Shown piece after piece: positions 28,090-37,308 of a stretch of 64,000 nt of DNA (position 1 is its first letter; every line of letters starts with the position of its first letter). A program made the position numbers and the translations under genes. The notes under the pieces were generated by a model. It did not search any database. It had not been told where the DNA came from and was given only the letters and a program-made list of their open reading frames with translations. The DNA lies in assembly GCA_037310415.1 (NCBI GenBank), contig CP147780.1, positions 2,528,001-2,592,000 on the forward strand, written 5' to 3'. The stretch comes from Candidatus Atabeyarchaeum deiterrae. GTDB lineage: Archaea > Asgardarchaeota > Atabeyarchaeia > Atabeyarchaeales > Atabeyarchaeaceae.

Positions 28090-29055
28090 CTACATTTTCG
28101 CCTGCTCATCACCGCTCTTTCTCAGCTCAGACTCAAGCCTTCTAAATTCCTCCACCGGGATCAGATGCATGTAGTACTTGGACTTGGGGCTGCCACGAAT
28201 GAGAATGTGCTTAATGTGGCCGCTCCTACACCATCTTATCACAGTTGAAAGCGAGATAAGACCATGCAACCTCTGAGCAACTTCAAAAGGCGAGTAGAAT
28301 CTCAACTTCAACTCTGAAAGCGCACTGCTCAACTTCTCAACCTTCAACAGCCACCGTTGCACCTTCCACGAGTACTCGGTTATTCCCCTGCTCAACAAAG
28401 CTTCCCTCCCACGTTTCAAGATAGAGACAACTCTACCATTACTCTCAGAACCTGCATACCCCACCGAGACACCGTTAGGAGTCAAGCCGTCGACATACGC
28501 TTCAAGGAAATCAATTAGAAACGGGAACAATGTTTGAGCGAAACCCCAATGGGAAACCACCGCACCAAAGACACTATCCCTGTAATCCATCCTTACACTA
28601 GCATGCCCATCTCCGTCAATGAGACCAGCAATGAAAGGAACACCACACCTTATACCAAATAACTTGTTCTCCACCAGAAAACTCTCGACTTCTGCAATAC
28701 CCTTCCCTCTAAGAGCTTGCTTATCGGGAAGAAATCTACAGAGGTCCTTCGAGTTTACAGCCACTGTCACCATCTTCTTCTTCGAATGCTTCCACTTGAA
28801 TGGATTCAAACCAACACGCTTTAACAATTTAACCACCCTACATGCCAACTCCTCCTCCTTGCCCTCAGTGAGAAGAAAGCTAACGGTATACGATGTACTA
28901 CTCCTCCTCGCATAAGTGTAGGACTGTCCATCGGCAAGAAATAACCCGCGAAGGTAGCTCCATTCCTCAACGGAGAGCGCATGAACTTGAAGCACACGCA
29001 GCCCACTGGGGCATGAGGAACCAGATCCCCCGGAACAACTATTATTATTGCACAA
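28090..29055 (-). CDS. Double-motif LAGLIDADG endonuclease-like protein with C-terminal excisionase/MerR-like HTH
   Basis: YLRGLFLADG and FIAGLIDGDG motifs; C-terminal YSPFEVAQRL..ISLSTVIRWCRSGHIK; true start may be slightly downstream of 29055. Confidence 0.85.
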   Translation of the reverse strand: MCNNNSCSGGSGSSCPSGLRVLQVHALSVEEWSYLRGLFLADGQSYTYARRSSTSYTVSFLLTEGKEEELACRVVKLLKRVGLNPFKWKHSKKKMVTVAVNSKDLCRFLPDKQALRGKGIAEVESFLVENKLFGIRCGVPFIAGLIDGDGHASVRMDYRDSVFGAVVSHWGFAQTLFPFLIDFLEAYVDGLTPNGVSVGYAGSESNGRVVSILKRGREALLSRGITEYSWKVQRWLLKVEKLSSALSELKLRFYSPFEVAQRLHGLISLSTVIRWCRSGHIKHILIRGSPKSKYYMHLIPVEEFRRLESELRKSGDEQAKM

Positions 29056-29059
29056 TTTT

Positions 29060-29255
29060 GGAAATCAACTCGAACGCCAGAGAGAGGCGATTTCCCAGGA
29101 TACTGTGAGACGGCCGAAGCATTCGCCCGACTCCGAGCCCACAGGGCGAGGGGAAAAGAACAAAGTAGACGTAGGTGGAACGTCCTCCAAACGTACGCCA
29201 CTTGTCCTTCTAGGACGAAGGCAGGGGAGCAGAGCCACTTTCTCCAAGCGACAAC
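29060..29255 (-). ncRNA. Putative structured RNA (multi-hairpin plus pseudoknot) upstream of the LAGLIDADG gene
   Basis: Minus-strand helices GTCCT/AGGAC, GGACGT/ACGTCT, TCGCCC/GGGCGA, CTGTGGG/CTCACAG, cTTCGg tetraloop, GGAAATC/GATTTCC, CGCC/GGCG; several pairs work only as G-U on this strand. Confidence 0.55.
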
Positions 29256-29277
29256 ACAGCAATCAGTATGAGGAGGA

Positions 29278-29290
29278 GCTATAAGAACCC
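29278..29290 (-). promoter_or_regulatory. Candidate TATA box for the structured RNA/LAGLIDADG transcript
   Basis: Minus strand GGTTCTTATAGC about 25 nt upstream of the start of the structured region. Confidence 0.4.
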
Positions 29291-29726
29291 CTAAAACGCA
29301 AACCAAAACAAAATCTGCACCAAAAACGCCAAGAAGAATCAAGATAAAACGAAAATACTATGCGAGCACCGTACGACGCCGTAAAACGAACCACTGTAAA
29401 ATGTGGAAAAGCCCAGCATGAACTTCAAATACTATGCAAAAAGCAGAGCACTTTCATCAACAGAAAAAGCCCGATAGAGCACGATTTCACGGATTCGAGC
29501 AAGGAAACCACCCAGCCCAACCAAAAAGACATGATCAACTGGAGAAATAAGAAATCTTGCCGAACTCCGAGTCAGAGATATTTCCTTTTCCAACTATGCC
29601 CATTGGAGCTTGTTAAATAGTCTCAAGTTCTTCGACTGGAATTCCACTTTCGCTCAATTCTAGGCGCTCCTTTAGAATAGACTCTGATATGTTTCGCCAA
29701 CGGTCTCAGGTTTTGAGGCTGTAAGC

Positions 29727-31010
29727 TCAGACGATCTTTTTGGCCAGTAGAACAGTCAGATCTTCGACTTTGGTCATTAGAGATGAATTTGAGACTTCTT
29801 CGCTAAGTCGTATTACACATGTGGGGCAGGGGGCCACAATTCGCTGCGGGTTCTTTCCCTGTTGGAGGATTTCTTTCAATCTTGCACTTGTGATCTTTGA
29901 TGCGACATTTGGTTTGTATGTGCTAAGAAGCCCTCCTGCGCCACAGCATTGCTGGCGGATGTTTCGAGTTGTCACCTCAACTCCGGGTAGTGTTTTCGCG
30001 ACTTCAATGATGTAATCTTGAATTCGCCTGCTTAGATGTCTGGTCAAGTGACATGCGGGGTGAATAGCAACTCTTTCGATAGTCTCCTTCTTCTTTCCCT
30101 GTTTTGCCTTCGCTAGCTTCATGACTTTGTCCAAGCCAACGTCCTCAACCAAATACTCCGTGAGATGTTTCACGCGTATCCCCGAATTCGATTCTAACTT
30201 CGTAAACGAATTTTGAAGCGTATTTGCACATCCAGCGCACGTGGCTACAACTGTCTTCGCTCCGACTTGCTTGACTCTCTCAAATGTTGAGGCTGCCAGC
30301 TTGCTGGCTAGCTCGACATCCCCTATTAGGGTTGCCGGGAGACCGCAGCATGCTTCATTCTTCATTAGTGTGTAGTCTGTTCCAAGTTTCTCTAGGGTAA
30401 GTTTTCCTGACTCTCTGATTTCAAGTGATCTGTGAGTTGATATGCAACCCGCAAAGTAAACGACATCTGCTGACTCCTTATAGATGTCCCGCTTGTACGG
30501 TAGACCGAGGTCCTTCACTGCTGATTCCGCCAGATCAATTCGAAGCTGTTCATCTTCGGGAACCAAACTCGTCCCGTATCGGGATAGGTTCTTATGCATC
30601 ACTTTATGGCTCTCGGGGATAATTTCTGGCCTCAATTTGAATATCTTTGCTCTAATTGCACTCACGATTTCTGGAACCGGTACTTTCTCAGGGCATATTT
30701 CTTCGCACGCTCCGCATTCACTACAACTGTAAACCAGGTCCTTAACGTTCCAGAAATCTGGATTCACACGCGAGAGAGTTGTTGCCATACTTCTCGGACC
30801 AAGAAAGACGTCGAATGATGTTGCTTCCAAGACAGGACAAGACGGAAGACATACGCCACAGTTCAAGCATTTGCCGAGCTCCGCAATCAACTTGTCCTCT
30901 CCTGGCTCAGCCTGAAGCAAGTTCAGTGACTTCACTTTTTCCTTTATGAAGTCATATCCTGCAATACTGCTACTTGAAGTCGTTTTGCCTTCTGCGGTCA
31001 TTTCTATCAT
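29727..31010 (-). CDS. glpC: Anaerobic glycerol-3-phosphate dehydrogenase subunit C-like Fe-S protein
   Basis: CLNCGVC..SCP, CSECGAC..ICP, ACCG, HPACH, CCGAGG; directly follows glpB. Confidence 0.8.
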   Translation of the reverse strand: MIEMTAEGKTTSSSSIAGYDFIKEKVKSLNLLQAEPGEDKLIAELGKCLNCGVCLPSCPVLEATSFDVFLGPRSMATTLSRVNPDFWNVKDLVYSCSECGACEEICPEKVPVPEIVSAIRAKIFKLRPEIIPESHKVMHKNLSRYGTSLVPEDEQLRIDLAESAVKDLGLPYKRDIYKESADVVYFAGCISTHRSLEIRESGKLTLEKLGTDYTLMKNEACCGLPATLIGDVELASKLAASTFERVKQVGAKTVVATCAGCANTLQNSFTKLESNSGIRVKHLTEYLVEDVGLDKVMKLAKAKQGKKKETIERVAIHPACHLTRHLSRRIQDYIIEVAKTLPGVEVTTRNIRQQCCGAGGLLSTYKPNVASKITSARLKEILQQGKNPQRIVAPCPTCVIRLSEEVSNSSLMTKVEDLTVLLAKKIV

Positions 31011-31035
31011 TGCACCCCAATGTTGTTCTTCCTTG

Positions 31036-32418
31036 TCAATTCCTTGATGCCTCATCGCCTGCCACGTAGCCTGTGCTTATTGCTACGCCGTACCGACATC
31101 CACCACTTGTATGACTGAAGCCAGAGAGGATGTTTCCGCAGGCGAACAGATTGCCGTATATGACCTCTCCTTGAGTCGTAGTCGGTTGCATGTTTTCGTT
31201 CACTTTGACCCCGATCGAGAACACTGAATGCCCCCCCATTGGAACAGCTTCGCTGGAGAGCATCGTTCTAATGAACACGCCATCTGCTTCCCTGCCGTTT
31301 TCGTCGAAGAGCGGTAAGTTCAGAAGCGGTTCTTTGGCTGTTTCGTCCTTCTCGACGATTCCTCCACCAATGAAGCTGCCAGTTGCTAGGACAAACTTCT
31401 CAGCTTCGACCTGGAATTTTCTTTCACCTGACACTACAGTCATATTTCTCAAGGTTTTTCCTTCAGCTTCGAACGCGCTAGTCTCGTATGGCAGCATAAT
31501 GGGGACTCCTGAGTCACTGGCAGAGTCATCTAACGCCAGCTGCAACCTGTAGCCGAGAACTGAAGGTGGAGTCAGATTCACGCATTCAAATGGTATCAGA
31601 CCAGATTCTTCACCAATGATTTTCATGTTTTCCTCGACGTTTCTTATTCCCATGCATGGCGGCAAACATGCGTGCGTTGCTCCCAGCCCATTCGCAGCAC
31701 CTGCAATCATGCGCCCGACTTTTTTCGCAACTCCTTCCTCGCGTTCGATCTCTCTAGCCACTTCGATGCTGAGCAACGTGTTTCTGCCTTCAAAGTTGGG
31801 CAAGTCGATTACTGTACTGCTGCACCCGTTCACTTCGAGGGGGAGACGTAGAATGCTCTTTATCGACGTGAAATTCTGATAACATCGATTGGGGTCGTAG
31901 TCAGAGTGTCTCTTGAATCCTACAAACACAATTCTCCCCTTCTCCATTCGTGTCAGATCTCCTCTTCCAACGCTTGGAGGAGCGAGACAAGTTGTTCTGA
32001 TTAGCCCAATGGAATTGATAATAAGCATATTATGTTCGAGTGAGCCTTCAACAGGATATTTCTCATTCCGCATATCCTCTTTGAAATCCGAAATTGCCTT
32101 AGTTATGGTTTCACCACAACCATTTTCGCCTTCCCTGAGCGGGCGGCTTGTATTCTGTGACTCACGTTTCAGGATTAGACCGTAAGGGTGATTCGGATTC
32201 GTGCCATACCTCTTTCGGAGGAGTCCGTCAGGGGGCTCCAACGGTATTCTGATTACTGTGGGATTAGCAATATCTGCGACACCTGTGGACATAGCTGTCG
32301 CTCCGTACGCTTTTGAAAAGACAGCTACTTGTTTGCCGCGTCGAGCAACTTGCTTGGCCGCTGTCAGTCCAGCAATCCCGCAACCAATTACTGCAACATC
32401 GGTCTTGAGGCTATTCAA
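31036..32418 (-). CDS. glpB: Anaerobic glycerol-3-phosphate dehydrogenase subunit B
   Basis: VIGCGIAG, GATAMSTG, PPSVLGYRL, VLATGSFIGGG, NLFACGNIL. Confidence 0.88.
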   Translation of the reverse strand: MNSLKTDVAVIGCGIAGLTAAKQVARRGKQVAVFSKAYGATAMSTGVADIANPTVIRIPLEPPDGLLRKRYGTNPNHPYGLILKRESQNTSRPLREGENGCGETITKAISDFKEDMRNEKYPVEGSLEHNMLIINSIGLIRTTCLAPPSVGRGDLTRMEKGRIVFVGFKRHSDYDPNRCYQNFTSIKSILRLPLEVNGCSSTVIDLPNFEGRNTLLSIEVAREIEREEGVAKKVGRMIAGAANGLGATHACLPPCMGIRNVEENMKIIGEESGLIPFECVNLTPPSVLGYRLQLALDDSASDSGVPIMLPYETSAFEAEGKTLRNMTVVSGERKFQVEAEKFVLATGSFIGGGIVEKDETAKEPLLNLPLFDENGREADGVFIRTMLSSEAVPMGGHSVFSIGVKVNENMQPTTTQGEVIYGNLFACGNILSGFSHTSGGCRYGVAISTGYVAGDEASRN

Positions 32419-32442
32419 ATATGAACCTCTCCCTATCCGTCA

Positions 32443-34113
32443 CTAATCCTCACATTTAGTCTCCTTCTCACCAGAGTCTGAACCCTTCTGATTTCTCCGG
32501 TTCCAGGCTTCGCCCAAATGGCTATAGCTTGACTGAAGAACTTCCTCCTGCACTAGTTGCCTTCCCAGAAGCAAGGGGCGTTTACCCTTCCATCTTTCCT
32601 GCAGCAAGTCCTTCATCTCGTTCATCAGGACTTCGGGTGACTGTTTCAACTCATCAGCAGCAATAGCAGCAACTTTCGGTATGCATGTGCAGCCTTGACA
32701 TGGACCCATTGCTATCCTTGTTCGCCTTCTAACATCGTTCAACGTCTTTGCCCACTCGTTCCTTATTGAGTATCTGATTGCAGCCTCTGGAATTGATTCG
32801 CAATTGCAGACTTCCATCTTGTACTGCGGGTTCTCTTGAGTGAGCATTAGAACATCACTCGCCTTTGTTCCATAGAGATATGCTAGCTTTGCCGCCATGT
32901 GAGGATAAATCCCAAATGCTCCTGCAAGGCGTTCGACGTTTACTTCCTGTTCAGCGCCAATTAGCGGATCGGCTTGGGTTCTGCACTCGGTGCTTCTATC
33001 CAGCTTCTTGCAGATGAGGTCAGTCATCTTCTCCGCCATGATGCGGTAGAGGACGAGCTTTCCCCCTCCAAAGGACAGGAACCCTGAAACACCCGCCTTG
33101 CTTTCGAAGTCGATGATTTCGAAGTTTCGGGTGACCTTGTCTTCAGGGATACCGTATTGGTTGATCATTGGCCTCACGCCAGTCATGGTTCTTATGATCC
33201 TAGCTTTGCGTATCGATGGAATTGCTTTCTCCATTCCCATCATAAGGTACTCTACGTCGTCGTACGTTGTCTCGACCTCGTCAGGATCACAGAAAATATC
33301 AACCGCCGTCGTCCCAAGGATCGTGGTGTTCTCGTGTGGGAAGAGATAGGCGCGTCTCCCATCTATGCACTTGGCGTATATTCCAATATCTGATATTCTT
33401 CTGTCGAAGATCACATGGCTTCCCTTGTTGAGGCGGAGGGGATGTTCGAGTCCAGCCATTTTGGCTACTTTCGAGCCCCATGGACCGGACGCGTTCACAA
33501 CTATCTTGCCCTTTATCTCCCTGACCTCGCCCGAGAATCTGTCCTTAACTCTTACACCCGTGATGGTGTTACGTTCCCTCAGAATGTCAACTACTTCTGT
33601 GTACGTGAGGATCTGAGCACCATGCTGTTTCGCGTCGAGGGCATTCATGAGAGTGAGGCGGAATGGATCAATGAAATATTCTCTAATGTAGATCGCGCTC
33701 ATAATATTAGGGCTCAGCTTCGGTTCCAATCTAAGAGCCTCGTCAGTCGTCAGTGTTATGATCGGGTCGCCTTTTCGGAGTTCACTGTAACCATCGTACG
33801 CTGCCGTAAACAGTTTCCCTTGGTTTACCTCAGACTTGTCGAGCCCGACAAGCAATATAGGGGTGCTAAAAATGACATTCCTAGCGATTTTTGCGATTAT
33901 TGCTGATTCCGCCACGCAGAGTTTGACCATAGGCGGCTCCATGAAGTACTTTGGTCCAGCGGAGATCATTCCGGCACAGGTGGCAACAGCGCCTGAAGCG
34001 ATGTCATTCCTCTCTACAAGAACTGTCTTCAATCCTCGTTTAGCACAGTCTCTCGCGGTTCCAACTCCAGCACTTCCGCCGCCAATCACTATGACATCAA
34101 AAACATCGCTCAT
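32443..34113 (-). CDS. glpA: Anaerobic glycerol-3-phosphate dehydrogenase subunit A
   Basis: IGGGSAG.G.ARD, IDPFRL, NKGSH, GVRP, GGKL..YR.MAE, C-terminal CNCE...RRRTRIAMGPCQG [2Fe-2S] domain. Confidence 0.92.
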   Translation of the reverse strand: MSDVFDVIVIGGGSAGVGTARDCAKRGLKTVLVERNDIASGAVATCAGMISAGPKYFMEPPMVKLCVAESAIIAKIARNVIFSTPILLVGLDKSEVNQGKLFTAAYDGYSELRKGDPIITLTTDEALRLEPKLSPNIMSAIYIREYFIDPFRLTLMNALDAKQHGAQILTYTEVVDILRERNTITGVRVKDRFSGEVREIKGKIVVNASGPWGSKVAKMAGLEHPLRLNKGSHVIFDRRISDIGIYAKCIDGRRAYLFPHENTTILGTTAVDIFCDPDEVETTYDDVEYLMMGMEKAIPSIRKARIIRTMTGVRPMINQYGIPEDKVTRNFEIIDFESKAGVSGFLSFGGGKLVLYRIMAEKMTDLICKKLDRSTECRTQADPLIGAEQEVNVERLAGAFGIYPHMAAKLAYLYGTKASDVLMLTQENPQYKMEVCNCESIPEAAIRYSIRNEWAKTLNDVRRRTRIAMGPCQGCTCIPKVAAIAADELKQSPEVLMNEMKDLLQERWKGKRPLLLGRQLVQEEVLQSSYSHLGEAWNRRNQKGSDSGEKETKCED

Positions 34114-34330
34114 GCTAGTACGACTAATAATCAGCCACCTCTTCAATGGGGAACAACATTTAGGGAGATAGGACGCTTGATATAAGGGATACTGTGTACT
34201 GTTTCATTCTCTCATGATAAGTGTGAGATGCTTCTATAAGAAGTGCGGTGGATCAATCCAGTGTCGGATGATGAGAATTGGGACAATAGGATGCTGCGGA
34301 ATTGAAGCCTTGTCGCTTGTCTCGTTCAGT

Positions 34331-34717
34331 TCACTTCAAAGTTATCTTCACATTCGGTTTGTTTTTCAGCGTGTTGTGAACTGTGCATCCTTCAACCATT
34401 CTCAGAAGTCCAGCCCGCTCCTTCTCACCGAGTCTTGCACTCAAATTGATGACGACATCGATCGATCCTATTCTGTGTGGATCCTCAGCCGACTCCCAAT
34501 CTAACTTGACATTCATGCCAGCAGGCGGTATCTTGCGCCGCTGACAGAAAACCACTGCGAAGTAACCAATACACGACCCAAGTGACGCAACGAACAATTC
34601 AACAGGAGTCATTCCGGCATCTGAGCCACCGTCCTCAACTGGTTGATCTAACGTCAGTTTATGCCCTCTGCATTCGGCCTCGAATTTCACATTTTCAATT
34701 AGGGACACGGTCATCAT
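34331..34717 (-). CDS. OsmC family protein
   Basis: DQP...GG.DAGMTPVELFVASLGSC ... CTVHNTL. Confidence 0.9.
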   Translation of the reverse strand: MMTVSLIENVKFEAECRGHKLTLDQPVEDGGSDAGMTPVELFVASLGSCIGYFAVVFCQRRKIPPAGMNVKLDWESAEDPHRIGSIDVVINLSARLGEKERAGLLRMVEGCTVHNTLKNKPNVKITLK

Positions 34718-35001
34718 CTGGGGCAGACACCTCTCAATCCATAAATACTACGCATAGTGAAAAGGGAACATCTATAATAGCTTATGTCAACATTCACCCA
34801 ATCACCTCCGTTTACCAGTTCACATTACCTTCGATCCAGACACTCGGTTAGCCTTAAGAGAATTCAAGTCGTGCTCCCTCAAGCGAATGTTATTCACAAG
34901 CACCGAAGATTGGAGTTACTGAGGCACATGATGCTACTTGCGACGTTGCCCTTCATATATGGGTAATGGTTCTAACCGATTTAGGAGGATGTTCTTTGGT
35001 C

Positions 35002-35619
35002 ATGGAGAAAACAGATGAGTTGATTAAACGATTACGAAAGATTGAACATGGATTCAAGGAAATAGAAAAGGAGGCTATAGATATTGTCGAAAAGAATTCT
35101 GTTGAGAGTTGTCTGATCATCTCGAAGAAGTTCTTTTCTTCAGAAGTCTATCAAGTAAGATCGCTCGCAACATTTGTTCTCGGAGCAATTGCCTCAAGAT
35201 CAGAAGATGCTCTGGGTTTCTTGAAGAAAAATGTGAGTGTAGATGAGAGCTGGCAGGTTCAAGAGATCCTAGCAAAATCATTTGATAGATACTGTTCAGA
35301 TATTGGCTACGAAGAGGCTATGCCAGTTATAGAAGAATGGTTAAGAAACGGAAACCCGAATGTAAGAAGAGCCGTCACTGAGGGGTTAAGAATCTGGACG
35401 AACAGAGAATACTTCAAGGATAATCCCAGAATTGCTGTGAAGCTGCTCAGCCGATTGAAAGATGATGAGAGCGAGTATGTCCGAAAATCTGTTGGAAACG
35501 CACTGCGAGATATCAGCAAGAAACACAAGGATCTGATTAAATCTGAGCTGAACACATGGAATACGTCTGACAAGAGAACAAGACTGACTTACAGACTTGC
35601 AAGCAAATTCCTTGTTTGA
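35002..35619 (+). CDS. DNA alkylation repair protein (AlkD-like HEAT repeat)
   Basis: WQVQEILAK, NVRRAVTEGLR, DESEYVRKSVGNALRDISK; ORF open from 34966. Confidence 0.85.
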   Translation: MEKTDELIKRLRKIEHGFKEIEKEAIDIVEKNSVESCLIISKKFFSSEVYQVRSLATFVLGAIASRSEDALGFLKKNVSVDESWQVQEILAKSFDRYCSDIGYEEAMPVIEEWLRNGNPNVRRAVTEGLRIWTNREYFKDNPRIAVKLLSRLKDDESEYVRKSVGNALRDISKKHKDLIKSELNTWNTSDKRTRLTYRLASKFLV

Positions 35620-35702
35620 GAACTTCCAGACTGAACTGTCTACTTTGAGCTCTCAGAAAAAGATACGTTGGCGATCAAGGTAGGAAATCGGGAAATGGCT
35701 AC

Positions 35703-37199
35703 TTAGATTATTTCTCCAGTGACTCTTTTGGCCAAATATGTCGTCATGACAAGGTTTTGGAATGTCGCATACATCTTGTTATACGCTTTGATGCACTCTG
35801 CATCTGGTTCTTTCTTATCGACGAAGTGAACCATACTCTTGATCGCTTCATCAGCAGACTTGTGTATTGATATGCCCATCGATGCCAGGATCGCAGCGCC
35901 AAGTGCAGATCCTTCGGTTACTTTTGGAATGACAACAGGTTTCCCAGTGACATCACATATTATTTGATTCCAGAGACCAGATTTTGATCCACCGCCATCT
36001 ACCCGAATCTCACCTGCCTTTGCTTTCATTGTCTCCATTAACGTTAGGTAGAACCTGATTGCGAAGGCGTTGCATTCAAGTATTGCTCTTGCAACGTGTT
36101 TTCTTGTGTGCCCGAATGATAGACCGTGAATCGCTCCTTTTGCGAACGTAAACAAAGGTACTACTAGCAGTCCGCTTGAGCACGGGGCAATAGTCTTGGC
36201 TTCCTCAACTATGTAATCATAGGGGTCAACTTTATTCTCTTTGGCTTTGTTCACTTCGAAAGTGCTGAACTGATCTTTGAACCATTTCAAAAGCAATCCT
36301 GTGCCTGGCATGGCGCCTTCAAGAATCCACTTGCCCTTGAGCACATGCGGGTTTGTGAATAGATTTCCTCCAGGATCGAAGACTGGCTTCCCTTCAAGTA
36401 CCGAAACCACAAAGGTGCCTGTGCCCGTTGTGGCTTTCGCTGGTCCAGGACCCGTTATTCCAAGTCCTAGGGCAGAGCATTGCACGTCGCCACCACCCAT
36501 AACCACGGGTAATCCAGCAGTAAGCCCTGTCTCCTCCGCAGCTTTACCTGTCACTTCCCCCAGTACCGTGCCTGAAGGATATATGTCTGGCCACTTTTCC
36601 ATCGGGACACCTGCTGTATCGGCAAGCTCCTGCGACCATGACATGGTGTTCATATCCACGATTCCATAGATTGCATTCGAGTAGTCTGTCACGATTTTTC
36701 CAGTAAGTCGATGGTAGAGATAACCGTCGACTTGGATGAATTTGTATGTCTTATTGAATATCCCAGGGTGGTTGTCTTTTATCCACAGTATCTTTGATAG
36801 AGAAGAATTGGTCCACCACCCTGTTGGCCTAGTAATCTTCTTCTTCAACGGCTCTATTGAGGGCGATGTTCTCGAGTCCATCCAAGTTATCCCTGGTATG
36901 AGGTGATTTCCGTCTTTGTCGACTGCGACTGTCGTCGCCCTTTGCGTGCTTACACACAATGCTGCGATTTCCTTTGGAACAGTGTTTGTCTTCTTCAAGA
37001 CTTCCTTCATCGTGGAAGTCGCGTTGCTCCACCACATTGGTGGGTCTTGCTCGGAAACACCCGGAGGTTGACGTTTCTCTGGGTACTCCTTGTATGACAT
37101 CCCTTTTAGATTGCCCTGTGGATCAAATATCGCCGAGCGAGCTCCTGTTGATCCTACATCAATTACAGCTAAATAGTGTCCTTTCTCTGGCATAGCCAA
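35703..37199 (-). CDS. FGGY-family carbohydrate kinase
   Basis: IDVGSTGAR, STQRAT, WMDSR, GGGDVQC, TGTG, VDGGGSKSGLWNQI. Confidence 0.92.
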   Translation of the reverse strand: MAMPEKGHYLAVIDVGSTGARSAIFDPQGNLKGMSYKEYPEKRQPPGVSEQDPPMWWSNATSTMKEVLKKTNTVPKEIAALCVSTQRATTVAVDKDGNHLIPGITWMDSRTSPSIEPLKKKITRPTGWWTNSSLSKILWIKDNHPGIFNKTYKFIQVDGYLYHRLTGKIVTDYSNAIYGIVDMNTMSWSQELADTAGVPMEKWPDIYPSGTVLGEVTGKAAEETGLTAGLPVVMGGGDVQCSALGLGITGPGPAKATTGTGTFVVSVLEGKPVFDPGGNLFTNPHVLKGKWILEGAMPGTGLLLKWFKDQFSTFEVNKAKENKVDPYDYIVEEAKTIAPCSSGLLVVPLFTFAKGAIHGLSFGHTRKHVARAILECNAFAIRFYLTLMETMKAKAGEIRVDGGGSKSGLWNQIICDVTGKPVVIPKVTEGSALGAAILASMGISIHKSADEAIKSMVHFVDKKEPDAECIKAYNKMYATFQNLVMTTYLAKRVTGEII

Positions 37200-37308
37200 C
37201 CCATCCTCGCCTTATAGGTACCGACAGCTAAGGTTAGAAACTTCCCTGATTCGGCTACTGAGTATACGTCGATGCCCTTTATATATCAGACAGTGGTTTA
37301 AGTGAGTC

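Larger units (their letters stand above)
27500..29700 (-). mobile_element. Putative inserted element carrying a LAGLIDADG endonuclease gene and a structured RNA (boundaries approximate)
   Basis: Sits between co-oriented glpC-like and AGPS-like genes; strong A/C-rich skew on + strand over ~28050-29560; no target-site duplication identified. Confidence 0.45.

Noticed and set aside
29060-29255. Structured tract as tRNA, SRP RNA, RNase P, HDV-like or hammerhead ribozyme, group I intron core, or fluoride riboswitch
   Set aside because: Partial resemblances (CCTCGC...GGCGAAT, CTGTGAG..CGAAG, GGAGCAG) lack the required pairings and spacings; no P7 AGACU/UAGUC. Left unclassified pending an Infernal search.
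28821-29620. ORFs 28821..29342, 29048..29284, 29065..29262 and 29360..29620
   Set aside because: No recognisable motifs, biased composition, and they overlap the LAGLIDADG gene or the structured tract; probably spurious
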